A stretch of 64,000 nt of DNA from Macrostomum lignano (lineage: Eukaryota): NCBI GenBank assembly GCA_002269645.1, contig NIVC01003422.1, positions 34,512-98,511 on the forward strand. Direction: 5' to 3'. The notes below the pieces were generated by a model, which was not told the origin of the DNA, made no database searches, and saw only the letters and a program-made list of their open reading frames with translations. Of the stretch, positions 63,545-64,000 are shown one piece after another. Positions within the stretch are counted from its first letter, which is position 1. The number at the start of each line of letters is the position of its first letter. The position numbers and the translations under genes were made by a program.

Positions 63545-64000
63545 CTGAGGAATACACAGAATGCACCGTGCTACTATCCCTATGAAACTGTTTGAGTGCG
63601 AGAAAGTTGGCATCGAGCAGAATTATTAGCATAGCTAGGAGCAAGTGCCTGCGCCTATTCTGTGAGAAATCAGCTTACTATAAGTCATGACAAACTCTCG
63701 AGTCCAGTGTGTAGTGTACGGCTGTAGGTCCTATGCTTAAAAGTGTCCACCTTTGACGCTAGCTCATGATTTTCCTCAAAGAAACCGTGTGCAGGATATT
63801 GAATTAATTATTCAATTTCGAAAAATCGTTCATAATGTATTCGCAAATTGCTTTCTGAATGTTTGGCCCACTATATTTACCGTTGTATCAGGACGTAACT
63901 CTCGTAAATATTGCAAAATGTTTTGAAGGCTTTTTGTCTGCAAAAACCAATGCTTTACTGTACGCCTGCCGTTCCCTACATGTAGATATGGGCCAATGTT

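Overview
Eukaryotic (animal) genomic DNA, not prokaryotic. GC-rich, C/G-ending-codon exons are split by GT-AG introns, and most large introns and intergenic gaps are filled by unrelated mini/microsatellites. This style, plus duplicated NPY/NPF genes, suggests a free-living flatworm such as Macrostomum (inference only). Spliced models were rebuilt by hand and their exon phases check out. In order: a 5'-truncated acetylcholinesterase-like gene (+, probable GPI tail), a group I PAK kinase (-), two tandem NPY/NPF precursors (+), a cytochrome-b5-fused front-end fatty acid desaturase (+), a divergent bestrophin (-), a C-type lectin with a one-base frame break (-), and the terminal exon of a probable Ig-LRR membrane protein (-). 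Most long ORFs in the supplied track are translations of tandem repeats. Most interesting: a cholinesterase carrying several residues known as insecticide-resistance substitutions, a pair of 36-residue pGlu...RQRF-amide peptides (one precursor may hide a second amidated peptide), a bestrophin with a charge-neutralised Ca2+ clasp, a 69-bp perfect hairpin, and a 3.9-kb array of intron-like units. Satellite boundaries are approximate.
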